From NCBI GenBank assembly GCA_051294375.1, contig CM119264.1, positions 30,529,047 through 30,593,046 on the forward strand: a stretch of DNA of 64,000 bases. Direction: 5' to 3'. A program made the translations under genes and the position numbers. Positions 1-12,840 of the stretch are shown in pieces (position 1 is the stretch's first letter; each line of letters begins with the position of its first letter). The DNA is from Paraspadella gotoi. Lineage: Eukaryota; Animalia; Chaetognatha. A model generated the notes under the pieces. It had not been told where the DNA came from and searched no databases. It saw only the letters and a program-made list of their open reading frames with translations.

Positions 1-72
1 ACCGCCGCGGACCGCCGCGGGACCGCCGCGGACCGCCGCGGACGCCGCGACCGCCGGCCGGAACCGCCGCAG
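1..72. repeat. GC-rich 10-11 bp tandem repeat (GGACCGCCGC)n
   Basis: Seen directly; the mirrored copy (GCGGCGGTCC)n lies at about 16460-16557. Confidence 0.9.
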
Positions 73-3000
73 ACCGCCCGCCTCGTTTTCTTGTTCTTTT
101 TTTGTTTTCTGTCAGATGTGGACAATTCGCGGGAATTTGCATTAATCTGGTTGGCGTCGGTATGCGTGAGAAATGGTTCATCCGAGATTGGACGGCGTGG
201 CGTTTGTGGGGATTTTGGAAGAAAGTGATTGGGGAGGGGTGGAGATGGTAGGTAAGGATAGAGGAGGGGATTGCGATAGGGAAGGGATTGATAGGTGAGG
301 GGATTGGATAGGGAGGGAGATGGGTAGGTAAGGCAGAGTGGGAGGGTAGAGATGTCGGGATGACTGCCGGGGATCTGAAATGTGCCTTCCCGTTGACTAC
401 TCCTTTACATAGAATTGAAAACAACAGGACTTTGCATCAGGTTAGAACATGGTAGGCCTTTGCCGGATGGACAGGCGGAGAAAGGGGAACATGGAAAAAA
501 CATAGCACTGAGAGAATCGAAAGGAAGACGGCAGAAACCAGACGCTGACGGAGGTAGGTGGCGTGGCTGGCCGCTTCCATCTTTCTTCTTTTTCCGTTTC
601 TTCTTGTTCTTTCTTTTTCTTTTTGAGATAAAAAAAAGAAAGAATGTGGAAGAATCACCATCGCAGCCGATTCCAAAACTGTGAAGAGACTTTTCACGTT
701 GAAAAACCTGACCAATGTGAGGAAAGTGACGATTGCGACTAATGAGAAATTTGACCCGCAAACAAAATTGTGAGGAAGAAAACTTTGTTCAAATCTGTCA
801 GCCCCGTCTTTTCTCAATTTTTATTCATTAGTTTACAAATAAAACATTATTCGTTTAATTTACATTCCGCGGTATATATCGTTTATTATTCATATTCTTA
901 TTTCTCATTCAAAAGAGTACATAGATTTCATTGAAGATCCGCTGGAAGTCAAGTGCTGACCTCACCAACCCAGAAACTAACTGTGTTGAGGTAGGTTGGA
1001 ATTTCTACGGTTGCCAGGGGTTTCTTCCTCGGCGTCTCGCTACGGTGCCGAGTGACCGCATCGGTACTTTCTAGTTTTCCGTCGGCGCATGAAGAAGGAG
1101 CGAATAAAGTTTACGACCAATAAAAGCATTTCGTCGTTTGTGTATAAAAAGCCTAACGAGGTGATTAAAAACATTGCGGCGTGAGTGTCAACCCAGCGAG
1201 AGACAGAAAAATGGAATGGAAGAAAAAGGCGGATTTAGTAGAGAGAGAGAGGAGAGAGAGACGGAGAGAGAAGAGAGAAGACGAGATGAGAGAGAGGAGA
1301 GAGAGAAGAGAGAGAGAGAGAGACGAGAGAGAGAGAGAGAAGAACGAAAACTTAATGCCACGACAATGCACGTCGAAAAGCCACGGCAAATGTTACGGCG
1401 ACTGCCACGGCAAATTCATTGTTGTTGTCACGGCTAATGTCACAGGCGAAATGTCACGTTTCGCGCCTTTTCGAAAAGGAAAAAAAAATGCCACGTCTGA
1501 TCTTTCGCCCTTTCTGATTGGTTGTTATGACGGGAAATTGCCATCTCCGGGTTCGCGGACGTGGGGGAGGGGGAGAAACTGACCACTAAACCATTACCAC
1601 ACCCCACCCCTTTTATGTGGTCACCCGTAGCCCCCGTGTTCCGCTTTTCGTTATGGAAGCTTTATTAAAGGATAAGCTCGGAATCTTGACAAAGAAGCCG
1701 AAGGAGCAATAAGGCCAGAATCCAGGGATTGTATATAACGCTCATGGAAAAAAAATTAAGGCCAAATCAGGATGTATATAACGCTCATGGGAAAAAAAAA
1801 TATTATGACGAGATAATGAGGAAAAAATCGGTTGGGCAACGCGTGGGATTAGATTTTGACCGTTTTTCGGGGATTGGCTCGCGGCGGAGAAATGTATAAG
1901 TCGTATTAATAAATACACTAATATTATAAAACTAATGAAGATTTATTGTTTACAGCGAGGCGACTTACAGATGAATCTTTAGAAATAGTGATTTATTTTC
2001 CCGGTAACCAAAATGATAGAATTATATTATATTAATTTCCTTTTTTAAGGTGAAAGTAAATTGTTTGTGAATGCCTTAAATTTTTCACGAAGTTGGCGCA
2101 TTTCTATTGGTCTTTGGTGATTCTATCGTGAATTTCGATTGTCAAAGCCTAACAAAATGTGGAATTGTCACGTGACTGATTAGGACTTAAAAACATGTCA
2201 AGAACTCGCGGGCACGTGATTCAATAATCGGCGTTTCGACCACTTCGCCTTCTTACTGCATCTCAAACTTACCCTTCTCATCAGGCCCTCACCTGTAAGT
2301 GACGTTTGAATCCGTGATCAATTGCCTGTAGATTTTTCCCGAGAATCAGGCGATTGAAGTTGTTCCAAAATGGTCGCTGACTCCGCTGAAAAAGAAAGAA
2401 GGTGATGAGAGAGAGAGAGAGAGATGAATAATGAAGAGGAGAGAGAGAGAGAGAAGAGAGAGAGAAGAGAGAGGAGAGATGAGAGAGATGAGAGAGAGAG
2501 AGAGACAGAGAGAGCAGAGAGACAGAGAGACAGAATAAATTCATTTTCGTATCATTCAGTTATTTCAGTTATTATGGGGCGAAGTGAAGAATGGCCAAGG
2601 CTGACTGGGGACGACGAACTAGTGTCACACATATCGGAATGCAATGCAAAGACAATACAATACAGTACAATTTCGCGTCTCTTTCTACTCGCGAGAACCC
2701 AATCTAAGACCGGTGACATTGGTGAGAGGCCTTTCGTGTGTCACTTGTGTGTAGCAAGCGCGTGACAGGGCCGAATCACACATTTTCGCTCGAGTCTTAA
2801 GTTTTAACACCTCAAAGGATGACGTTTTTTGACTCGACTCCAACGCTTCCCAGCGGGGAAAAGTGAGAAAACTATCCTTACTCTTTCTTCTTGTCTTTTG
2901 TTTTTGCTCGTGCGAATGAATATCAAATTTATTCTGAATCTGAGAAGTTCAAATTGAGATGATAACAGAACGCAACTCAATTCTTTAAAGTTGGACAAAA

Positions 3001-3377
3001 AGAATTGAAAAGTTTAGATATTTTGTTCAATAGTTTGTACAATACTACCATTTTACTCTCAGTTGTAAACTTTTTAATGCGTGCGTGTAACCTTTTTGCA
3101 CAATTTTAAAATTTAAAAACTTTTTCAAACTAAATAAAAGCAAAAACCACTATTTGTCTAACTACACTGTCATAATTAATTGCTTGGTTTTCCTACTCTC
3201 TTTTCTCTCTCTCTTTCTGTCTCTGTCTTTTCCCCATCCAATGCCTTCAACGACTCCATTTTTTCCTCCGTTTTCCTCTTCCCTCGTTTTCGCCGTTGAT
3301 AATCGAGAGATGCCATAAACAACCCTGCTTTCTTTTCTTCTTTTTAAAGCTTGAGAGAGAGAGAGAGAGAGAGGGAG

Positions 3378-3426
<49 letters not shown>

Positions 3427-3482
3427 AAAAAGAGAGAGAGAGAGCGAAACAGAGAGAAGAGAGAGAGAGAGAGAGACAGAGA

Positions 3483-3514
<32 letters not shown>

Positions 3515-4211
3515 TAAAAAATTTAAGATTTATGGGAAAGAGAAGACGAGGAGATTTAAAAAAAATGTTTGACGGTCGCTACTAATTCTTAATAAATGAA
3601 GAGCAGCTGGCGAGGAAGCAGTCACCTTCATCGGTGGGCAGAGTCGCATTGTTGAAGCCTTTGAGGGTCGGTCTGTCTCTCTGGCAATTTTATGAGAAAT
3701 ATGTGCTATATTTTTCAAAAGCGTCGCATTTGAATAAAATTAAGATTATAATTATAGCTCAGTATGAAGGACTAGACATGTAACGCTTTTTTTTTATCTA
3801 AATGAATATCTAAAAGATATACTACTTATTTTTCATCAGCTTTTGCAGGATTATGACCTTAGATATCATTTAAAAAGATATTCAAATAGTTTATAGTTTA
3901 ATAACATGATATTAATCATTTTCCGCCCTGACGAGATGGAACGTCGCCAAGAGGATCTTCTTTACTTCTACTTTAATCGCGCGCGACGATAAAGAGGCCA
4001 AGTTTAAGGACTGAGCCTCTCTGCAGCGGCGCGCGGCGGCGGGCGGCGGCGGAGGAGGAGGAGGAGGAGGAGGATGCAGCGTTAACATTTCGGCGGAATC
4101 GCGATGAAATATGAATTTGTGTTCGTCGCCTTCCTGGCGGTACGTCAACTTTAACGTCCCGATGGAGCAGAGGATTAAGATGAAGAGACGATTTTGAAAA
4201 TCACTTTGAAT

Positions 4212-4291
<80 letters not shown>

Positions 4292-4353
4292 CGTTTGAGT
4301 CGTATCTTGTTGTTGTCGTTTATTCCTCAACAACTCATTCTTCACATTCTTCA

Positions 4354-4418
<65 letters not shown>

Positions 4419-5366
4419 TCTAGCAATGTCACTCCGCATTTCCCTTCGCCATAATTTCTCTTCAGTTTTCGTTTCGCGTTTCGGTTCGACGCCCAACTTA
4501 CGTCACGGAACGTCTAATTTCACGGCCAGATCACGCCACAGCTGCGTCAGCGTGCCAGTTTCGAGAGCGCTGAGATTTGCGAAGTCACACGATGTCCTGC
4601 GATGCATTCAATGCATCAATAATATTCTGCAAGATTCAAAAATGTTGTACCGAGAATGCCAACATGGGAGATTTCAAGTTTTTGAGAGCGAACGCTTCTC
4701 CTCCTCTCGTCTCTCTCTCTCTCTCTTCTCTTCTCTCTCTCTCTCTCATCTCTCTCTCTTTCTCTCTCTCTCTCTCACTCACCCCTACCCTCCTTCAACC
4801 CTCCCGCCCCTCTTCTCCGCCCCCTCTCCACCCCCTCCCTGCCCCCGACATCCGCTCGAACATCATTAGACCAAAAGACCTAATGTGTTAACTTCGACTC
4901 GAGTTTCATTCGTCAAAGTCGAAAAGGGAAAAAAAAACTCCGATACGACCTCAAGACTCGGCCGCGGTATCAGGAGCGACGTCAGATGCAGCGGGAGAGA
5001 GGACAGGCAGAGCAGCAGTGAGAGCAGCAGTGAGAAACATTAACGGGGTAACTGTAGTGATGTCAGCTGCAGGAGCGGAGTGATGGGTGAGTATTGTCAG
5101 GTGGGGAAAGGCGTGAAGAACTTTATCACGTAAAACAGGGCAGAGGCGAGACAATGTCGGATCTGCGGGATAAACTAATCAGATAAGTCACGTTATTTTT
5201 TCACTTCACAGATACGAACAGATCATAACATAACAAATCATATAAGACTTCTTAATAAATCAATCAACCATCTTGTTCTTCTCTTTCATTTTTATCTTTT
5301 CTTTTCCTCTATTTTTTTCATTAATTTTTCCATTTCTTCCCTTTTTTCTTCAGATTCCATGACGGT

Positions 5367-5400
<34 letters not shown>

Positions 5401-5404
<4 letters not shown>

Positions 5405-7590
5405 CTAAATTTCATTAAATATGATAAAAACCGAGAATTTGAAAGTTTAGAATTTAATAAACCACGACACAAAGACAAATATCTGATATTATAGAAAAGA
5501 AAAAGAATGGAAAAACAACCACGGATTTTAAAATGAAATGCTTAAAAATACAAACACAGAAATGACAAAAATTATTTATCAACTTACTTTCAACAATCTG
5601 GGAAAAAGAAAAAATACCTCAAAGCTGGAATGAAGGCATTATTACCAGCGTATGGAAGGTAAGGGCGATAAAGAAAATTGATAAACCACCGTCCAATTAC
5701 AGTTTCATCATCCATCAGTACAATTCTAGAAGAATTTCTTGATCAAAAAATACAAACAAATTGTCCCATTTACCAAGCACAAAGGTGGAGGAACAAAAGG
5801 ATGCTCAACTTACGATCATGTTTTTATTATCAGATCCTTAATTTCAATATATTCAGAAACAAAAGAGAAATATGTTCTTAACTTTCTATTGACGTGACAA
5901 AAGCATTTGATCATGCCGACACTGAAGACATGTTAGTAATAATGTGGGAAAAGGTTTAAGAGGAAAAATATGGCGAATTCTGAAATTACTAAATGAAAAT
6001 CTTTGTGCCAGGAATAAAAACACGGTACGGCTAACACGTCAAATAAAAATGGAAATTGGAGGAAAACAGGGCTCTCGCCTTACAGGTAGATTATTTTCCA
6101 AGCAGATGGATACAATTGCAGAAGAATGAGTGATGCTTCTGAATCCATTTAAAGTCCACAACAAATTTGCAAATTGGGGCTCTACTCTGGGTTGACGATG
6201 TTGTCACTTGTGTAGAAGGCGTCAAAAACCAAGAAAAAGTTCTTGAAAAATTAGACGATTGGGCTGCTAGACACAAACTAGAATGGGGTCAAAGCAAGAC
6301 AATGGTAATGCAAATTGGGAAAATAGTGGACAAACGAGAAAAATGGAAACTTGGAAATATAAAATTGAAAATTGCACTTCATATAAGTACCTAGGAGATA
6401 TTATAAGTAAAATGGTAAAAATACAGAAAACTTAGAAAACCGAAAGAAAAAATTACAAATGAACAATCGGAAAATTAACACAATGTCCTCAAATGAAACA
6501 AATAGAGACATCTGTTCTTATCGAACTTCCATAAAGATTAATGTTACTGGTTTGCTTACAAACTCTGAAACATGGACACTGAACAAAAAAGAACAAGAAG
6601 AATCTAGAACAAATAGAAATAACAAGCAATCAAACAATTATTTTCACTCCCACTTTCAATATACCAACACCAGCGATTTAATTTACAGCTCGGTCTTTTG
6701 TACACAACTTGCGAGTTCATCTCAAAACAATTGCTTTATCTCCATAAAATCTTAAACCAAAATCAAACACATTGGACCTTTACAACTTTTTAATCTGTAG
6801 ATGAAATGAACATTGGATGGACCAAAAATATAAAGAAAAACTAGTTAAATATAAATTAACCACTGATTTCAACTCAATTAAAAATAAATCAAAAAATCAA
6901 TGGAAAATCGAAGTCAAAAAAAGAGATTAGAAAAAATTTAATAAACAAAAATTACTAGACGACTGCCCATTAAAATAGAAAATGGAGAAAATAATAAAGT
7001 CTAAAAACTAAATCAATCATAGTAACCTCAACAAATGGAACTACAAAAGAGAACCATGCAAGGAACTACTAAAATGCACAAAACAAAACACCAGATCTCT
7101 TTTTGATAGCGAGATACGCTATGCTAGAGTGTGGAAAAAAAACTTCAAAGGATCTTTTAAAAGAAATCTGTGAACAATGTAACACTTTTCGATGATGAAG
7201 AACACCGTCTAAATTATTGCGTTAAATGGAAAAACATAAACTTTCTAGAAGACGACAATAAAATCGAATTCAGAGAAATTTTATTCTAAAAGATACTTCA
7301 AACTATTTGAAATATAATTCGGTAACATTGAAAATGCTATGGAATGTAAAAAATGAGAAAAGGTTCCATCCATAAACTTAAGATGATCTTATATTAAAAT
7401 TTTTCTTTCTTAATTTACCATTTACCTCGTTTATTTATTTAATGAAATTTTTAACTTTTATTTTATTATTTTATACATAATTGTGATGTTACATAAGTAT
7501 CCCATGTACGGCCTTCTTTACGCATCCTTGTGATTGTAAATGGTGTTTTATTAACATTATGAGCAGAATAAATCAAATCAATCAAATCAA
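5401..7590 (+). mobile_element. 5'-truncated non-LTR retrotransposon (LINE): frameshifted reverse transcriptase, C-terminal CCHC motif and (AATCA)n tail
   Basis: Translation across frameshifts gives RT motifs: IPQSWNEGIITSVWK, NHRPITVSSS, DVTKAFDH, GGKQGSRLTGRLF, and LLWVDDVV (YADD-equivalent at 6188-6199). CEQC..DDEEHRLNYC lies at about 7168-7220, and AATAAA at 7567 is followed by ATCAA repeats. No endonuclease or ORF1 is present. Confidence 0.92.
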
Positions 7591-7663
7591 ATCTCTCTCT
7601 CTCTCTCTCTCCCCTCCCTCCCCCACGACACGCCTGGCGAGTGCGTGCGTAGAGAGAGAGAGA

Positions 7664-7750
7664 GGCGCCAAAAATCACGCGTCCTTCGGTTGCCATGGCG
7701 ACGACGCCGGCCGGGCGACGCCGGACCGGAAGTCGTCAAAGATGGCGACG
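7664..7750 (+). promoter_or_regulatory. Candidate CpG-rich promoter motif cluster (E2F-like, RFX X-box, ETS, YY1)
   Basis: GGCGCCAAAA from 7664, GTTGCCATGGCGAC 7689-7702, CCGGAAGT 7726-7733, AAAGATGGCG 7738-7747. Motif matches only; mirrored at about 8405-8492. Confidence 0.4.
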
Positions 7751-8019
7751 CTGACGACGAGTGGGCGTGTCCGTCTTTTCGCGTCATTTCCTGTCGACGT
7801 CAAATGTTCATTTTGTCGTCGGCCATAATTATCGAGTAGGAGAGATTTTGATAAAGTTTAATGAATAAAACAGAAAACAGAAAAAAAAAAATCAGATAAA
7901 GTCAGATTAAATAAAAAACATAAAAGTTAGAAAACGAATAAAAAGACAAAACAAACAAACAGTGCGGCGTCAAAGCGTTGACGTTTCGCGCGATGACGCT
8001 GTTGTGGTCTTTTGTTTGT

Positions 8020-8081
<62 letters not shown>

Positions 8082-8560
8082 GAAGTGTTTTTTCATGAGT
8101 GAGAGAGAAGACCACCACGACAGACGTGAATATTTCTAGGAGCAAAAATTGTTTGTTTTATTTTGTTTTGTTTTTATTTTTTTTTTTTTTGTTTGTTTGT
8201 TTTGTCCTTTTAAATCTTCGTTTTCTCTAACTTTATGTTTTTTATTTAATCTGACTTTATCTGATTTTTTTTTTCTGTTTTCTGTTTTAATTCATAAACT
8301 TTATCAAAATCTCTCCTACTCGATAATTATGCGATCGACAAAATGACATTTGACGTCGACAGGAAATGACGCGAAAAGACGGACACTCGCCCACTCGTCG
8401 TCAGCGTCCGCCATCTTTGACGACTTCCGGTCCGGCGTCGACCGGCCGGCGTCGTCGCCATGGAACCGAAGGACGCGTGATTTTTGGCGCCTCTCTCTCT
8501 CTCTACGCAAGCATCGCCAGGCGTGTCGTGGGGGAGGAGGGGAGAGAGAGAGAGAGAGAG

Positions 8561-10768
8561 ATTTGGGATTTGATTGATTTTGACTTATTCTGCTCATAAT
8601 GTTTAATAACACCATTTACAATCACAGGATGGTAAGAGAGGCCGTACATGGGATATTATGTAACATACAATTATGTAATAAAATATAAAATATACAAGTT
8701 AAAAATTTCATTAAATAAATAAACGAGGTAAATGGTAAATTAAAAGAAAAATTTTATATACAGATCATCTTAAGTTTATGATGGAACCTTTTCCATTTTT
8801 TTACATTCCATACATTTTCAATGTACCAATATTTTCAAATAGTTTGAAGTATCTTTTAGAATAAATTTCTCTGAATTCGATTTATTGTCGTCTCTTAGAA
8901 AGTTTAATGTTTTTCCATTTAACGCAATAATTTAGACGGTGTTCTTCATCATCGAAAAGTGTTTACATTGTTCACAGATTTCTTTAAAGATCCTTGAAGT
9001 TTTTTTTCCACACTGCTAGCATACCGTATCTCGATATCAATAAAGAGATGCTGGTTTTTGTTTTGTGCATTTTAAGTAGTTCCTTGCATGGTTCTCTTTT
9101 TGTAGTTCCATTTGTTGAGGTTACTATTGAATTTTTTTTGATTTAGTTTTCAGACTTTATTATTTTTTCTCCATTTTCTATTTTATGGGCAGTCGTCTAG
9201 TAATTTTGTTTATTAATTTTTTCTAATCTCTTTTTGACTTCGATTTTCCATTGATTTTTGATTTAATTTTTAAATTGAGTTGAAATCAGTGGTTAATTTA
9301 TATTTAACTAGTTTTTCTTTTTATATTTTTGGTCATCCAATGTTCATTTTCATACTAACAGATTAAAAAGTTGTAAGGTCCAATGTGTTTGATTTTGGTT
9401 TAAGATTTTATGGAGATAAAGCAATTGTTTCTGAAGATGAACTCGGCAAGTTGTGTACAAAAGACCGAAGCTGTAAATTAATCGCTGGTGTTGGTATTGA
9501 AGTGGGAGTGAGAAATAATTGTTTGATTGCTTGTTTATTTCTATTTGTTCTAGATTCTTCTTGTTCTTTTTTTGTTCAGATGTCCATGTTTTCAGAGGTT
9601 TGTAAGCAACCAGTAACATTAATCTTTAATGGAAGTTCGATAGAACAGATGTCTCTATTTTTTCATTTTGAGGACATTGTGTTAATTTTCCGAATTGTTC
9701 ATTTGTAATTTTTTCTTCGGTTTTCTAAGTTTTCTGTATTTTTACCATCTTTACTTATATCATCTCCTAGGTACTTATATGAAGTGCATTTTCAATTTTT
9801 AGAATTTCCAAAGTTTCATTTTTCTCGTTTGTCCACTATTTTCCAATTTGCATTACCATTGTCTTGCTATTGACCCATTCTAGTTTGTGTCTAGCAGCCC
9901 AATCGTCTAATTTTTCAGAACTTTTTCTTGGTTTTGACGCCTTCTACACAAGTGACAACATCGTCAACCCAGAGTAGAGCCCCAATTTGGCAAATTTGTT
10001 GTGACTTTAATGGATTCAGAAGCATCACTCATTCTTCTGGCAATTGTATCCATCTGCTTGGAAAATAATCTACCTGTAAGGCGAGAGCCCTTTTTTTCCT
10101 CCAATTTCCATTTTTATTTGACGTGTTAGCCCGTACCGTGTTTTTATTCCTGGAGCAAAGATTTATTTAGTAATTCAGAATTGCCATATTTTGTTCCTCT
10201 TAAACCCTTTTCCCACATTATTACTAACATGTCTTCAGTGTCGGCATGATCAAATGCTTTTGTAACGTCAATAGAAAGTTAAGAACATATTTCTCTTTTG
10301 TTTTCTGAATAATTGAAATAAGGATCTGATAATAAAAACATGATCGTAAAGTTGAAGCATTCCTTTTGTTCCTCCACCTTGTGCTTGGTAAATGGGCAAT
10401 TTTGTTGTATTTTTTGATCAAGAAATTCTTCTAGAATTGTACTGATGGATGAAATGAAACTGTAATTGGACAGGTGGTTTATCAAATTTTCTTTATCGCC
10501 CTTAACCTTTCCATACGCTGCGTAATAATGCCTTCAGTTCCCAGCTTTGAGGTATTTTTTCTTTTCCCAGATTGTTGAAAAGTAAGTTGATAATAATTTT
10601 GTCATTTCTGTGTTTGTATTTTTAGCATTTCATTTTAAACTCCGTGGTTGTTTTTCCATTCTTTTTCTTTTCTATAATATCAGATATTTGTCTTTGTGTC
10701 GTGGTTTAATATAAATTCTAACTTTCAAATTCTCGGTTTTTATCATATTGTAATGAAATTTAGTTTAA
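8561..10768 (-). mobile_element. Mirror copy of the same LINE in the right arm of the palindrome
   Basis: Reverse complement of 5401-7590 with the same flanks; e.g. ORF 10279-10485 (INHL..SSISTILEEFLDQKIQ) matches ORF 5678-5881. Confidence 0.92.
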
Positions 10769-10769
10769 G

Positions 10770-10800
<31 letters not shown>

Positions 10801-11403
10801 ACCCGGTCATGGAATCTGAAGAAAAAGGAAGAAATGGAAAAAATTAATGAAAAAAATAGAGGAAAGAAAAGATAAAAATGAAAGAGAAGAACAAGTGGTT
10901 GATTGATATTAGAAGTCTTATATTATTTGTTATGTTATGATTCTGTCCGTATCTGTGAAGTGAAAAAAATAAACGTGACTTATCTGATTAGTTTATTACC
11001 GCAGATCCGACAGTTGTCTCGCCTCTGCCGCTGTTTTACGTGATAAAGTTCTCAGCGCCTTTCCCCACCTGGACAATACTTCACCCATGCACTTCCGCTC
11101 CTGCAGCTGACATCACTACAGTTACTCCCGTTAATGTTTCTACTGCTGCTCTCACTTGCTTGCCTGCCTGTCCTCTCTCCCCGGCTGCATCTGACGTCGC
11201 TCGCTGATACCGCGGCCGAGTCTTGAGGTCGTATCGGAGTTTTTTTTTTCCGCTTTTCGACTTTGACGAATGAACTCGAGTCCGAAGTTAACACATTAAG
11301 GTCTTTTCTGGTCTAATGTGTCGAGCGGATGTCGGGGGCAAGGGAGGGGGTGGAGAAGGGGGCGGAGAAGAGGGGCGGAGGTTAAGGAGGGGTAGGGGTG
11401 AGT

Positions 11404-11436
<33 letters not shown>

Positions 11437-11775
11437 AGAGAGGAGAGAGAAGAAGAGAGAGAAGAGAGAAGAGAAAGAGAGAGAGAGCGTTCGCTCTCAA
11501 AAACATTGAATCTCCCATGTTGGCATTTCTCGGTACAACATTTTGAAATCTTGCAGATATTATTGATGCATTGAATGGCATCGCAGGACATCGTGTGACA
11601 TTCGCAAATCTCAGCGCTCTCCGAAACGGCACGCCTGACGCAGCTGTGGCGTGATCTGGCGCGTGAAATTAGACGTTCCTGACGTAAGTTGGGCGTCCGA
11701 ACCCGAAAACGCGAAAGCGAAAACTGAGAGAGAAATTATGGCGGAAGGGAAATCGCGGAGTGAACATTGCTAAGA

Positions 11776-11838
<63 letters not shown>

Positions 11839-12807
11839 GATGAAGGGAACTGTGAAGAATGAAGTTGTTTGAGCGATAAACGACAACAACAAGAATACGA
11901 CTCAAACGTGTCCTTTTCTCTCTCGTCTCATCTCTCTCTCTCTCTCTCTCTCTCTCCTCTCTCGTCTCTCTCTCATCCTCTCTCTCTCTCTCTCACCCAA
12001 AGTGATTTTTTAAAACGTCTCTTCTCTTAATCCTCTGCTCCATCGGACGTTAAAGTTGACGTTGACCGCCAGGAGGCGACGAACACAAATTCCATATTTC
12101 ATTCGCGATTTCCGCCGAAAATGTTAACGCTGCCTCCTCCTCCTCCTCCTTCCTCCTCCGCCGGCCGCCGCCGCGCCCCGCGCCGCTGCAGAGAGGCTCA
12201 GTCTTAAAACTGGCCTCTTTAATCGTCGCGCCGATTAAAGTAGAAGTAAAGAAGATCCTCTTGGGCTGACGTTCCATCTCGTCAAGGGCGGAAAATTGAT
12301 TAATATTCATGTTATTAAACTATAAACTATTTGAATATCTTTTAATGATATCTAAGGTCATAATCTGCAATAAGCTGATGAAAATAAGTAAGTATATCTT
12401 TAGGATATTCATTTAGAATAAAAAAAAAGGCGTTTACATGTCTAGTCCTTCATACTTTGAGCTATAATTATAATCTTAATTTTATTCAAATGCGACGCTT
12501 TTGAAAAATATAGCACATATTTCTCAATAAAATTGCCAAGAGAGACAGACCGACCCTCAAAGGCTTCAACAATGGACTCTGCCCACCGATGAAGGTGACT
12601 GCTTCCTCGCCAGCTGCGCTCTTCATTTTATTAAGGAATTTAGTAAGCGACGTTCAAACATTTTTTTTTAAATCTCTGCGTTCTTCTCTTTTCCATCAAT
12701 TCTTTAAATTTTTTATCTCTCTCTCTCTCTCCTCTCTGTCGTCTCTCTCTCTCTCTGTCTCTCTTCATTCTCTCTCTCTTTCTCTGTTTCGCTCTCTCTC
12801 CTCTTTT

Positions 12808-12840
<33 letters not shown>

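Noticed and set aside
2228-2292. Possible minus-strand hammerhead ribozyme (CTGATGAG...GAAAC)
   Set aside because: The core halves are too far apart and I could not form convincing stems; an Infernal search would settle it.
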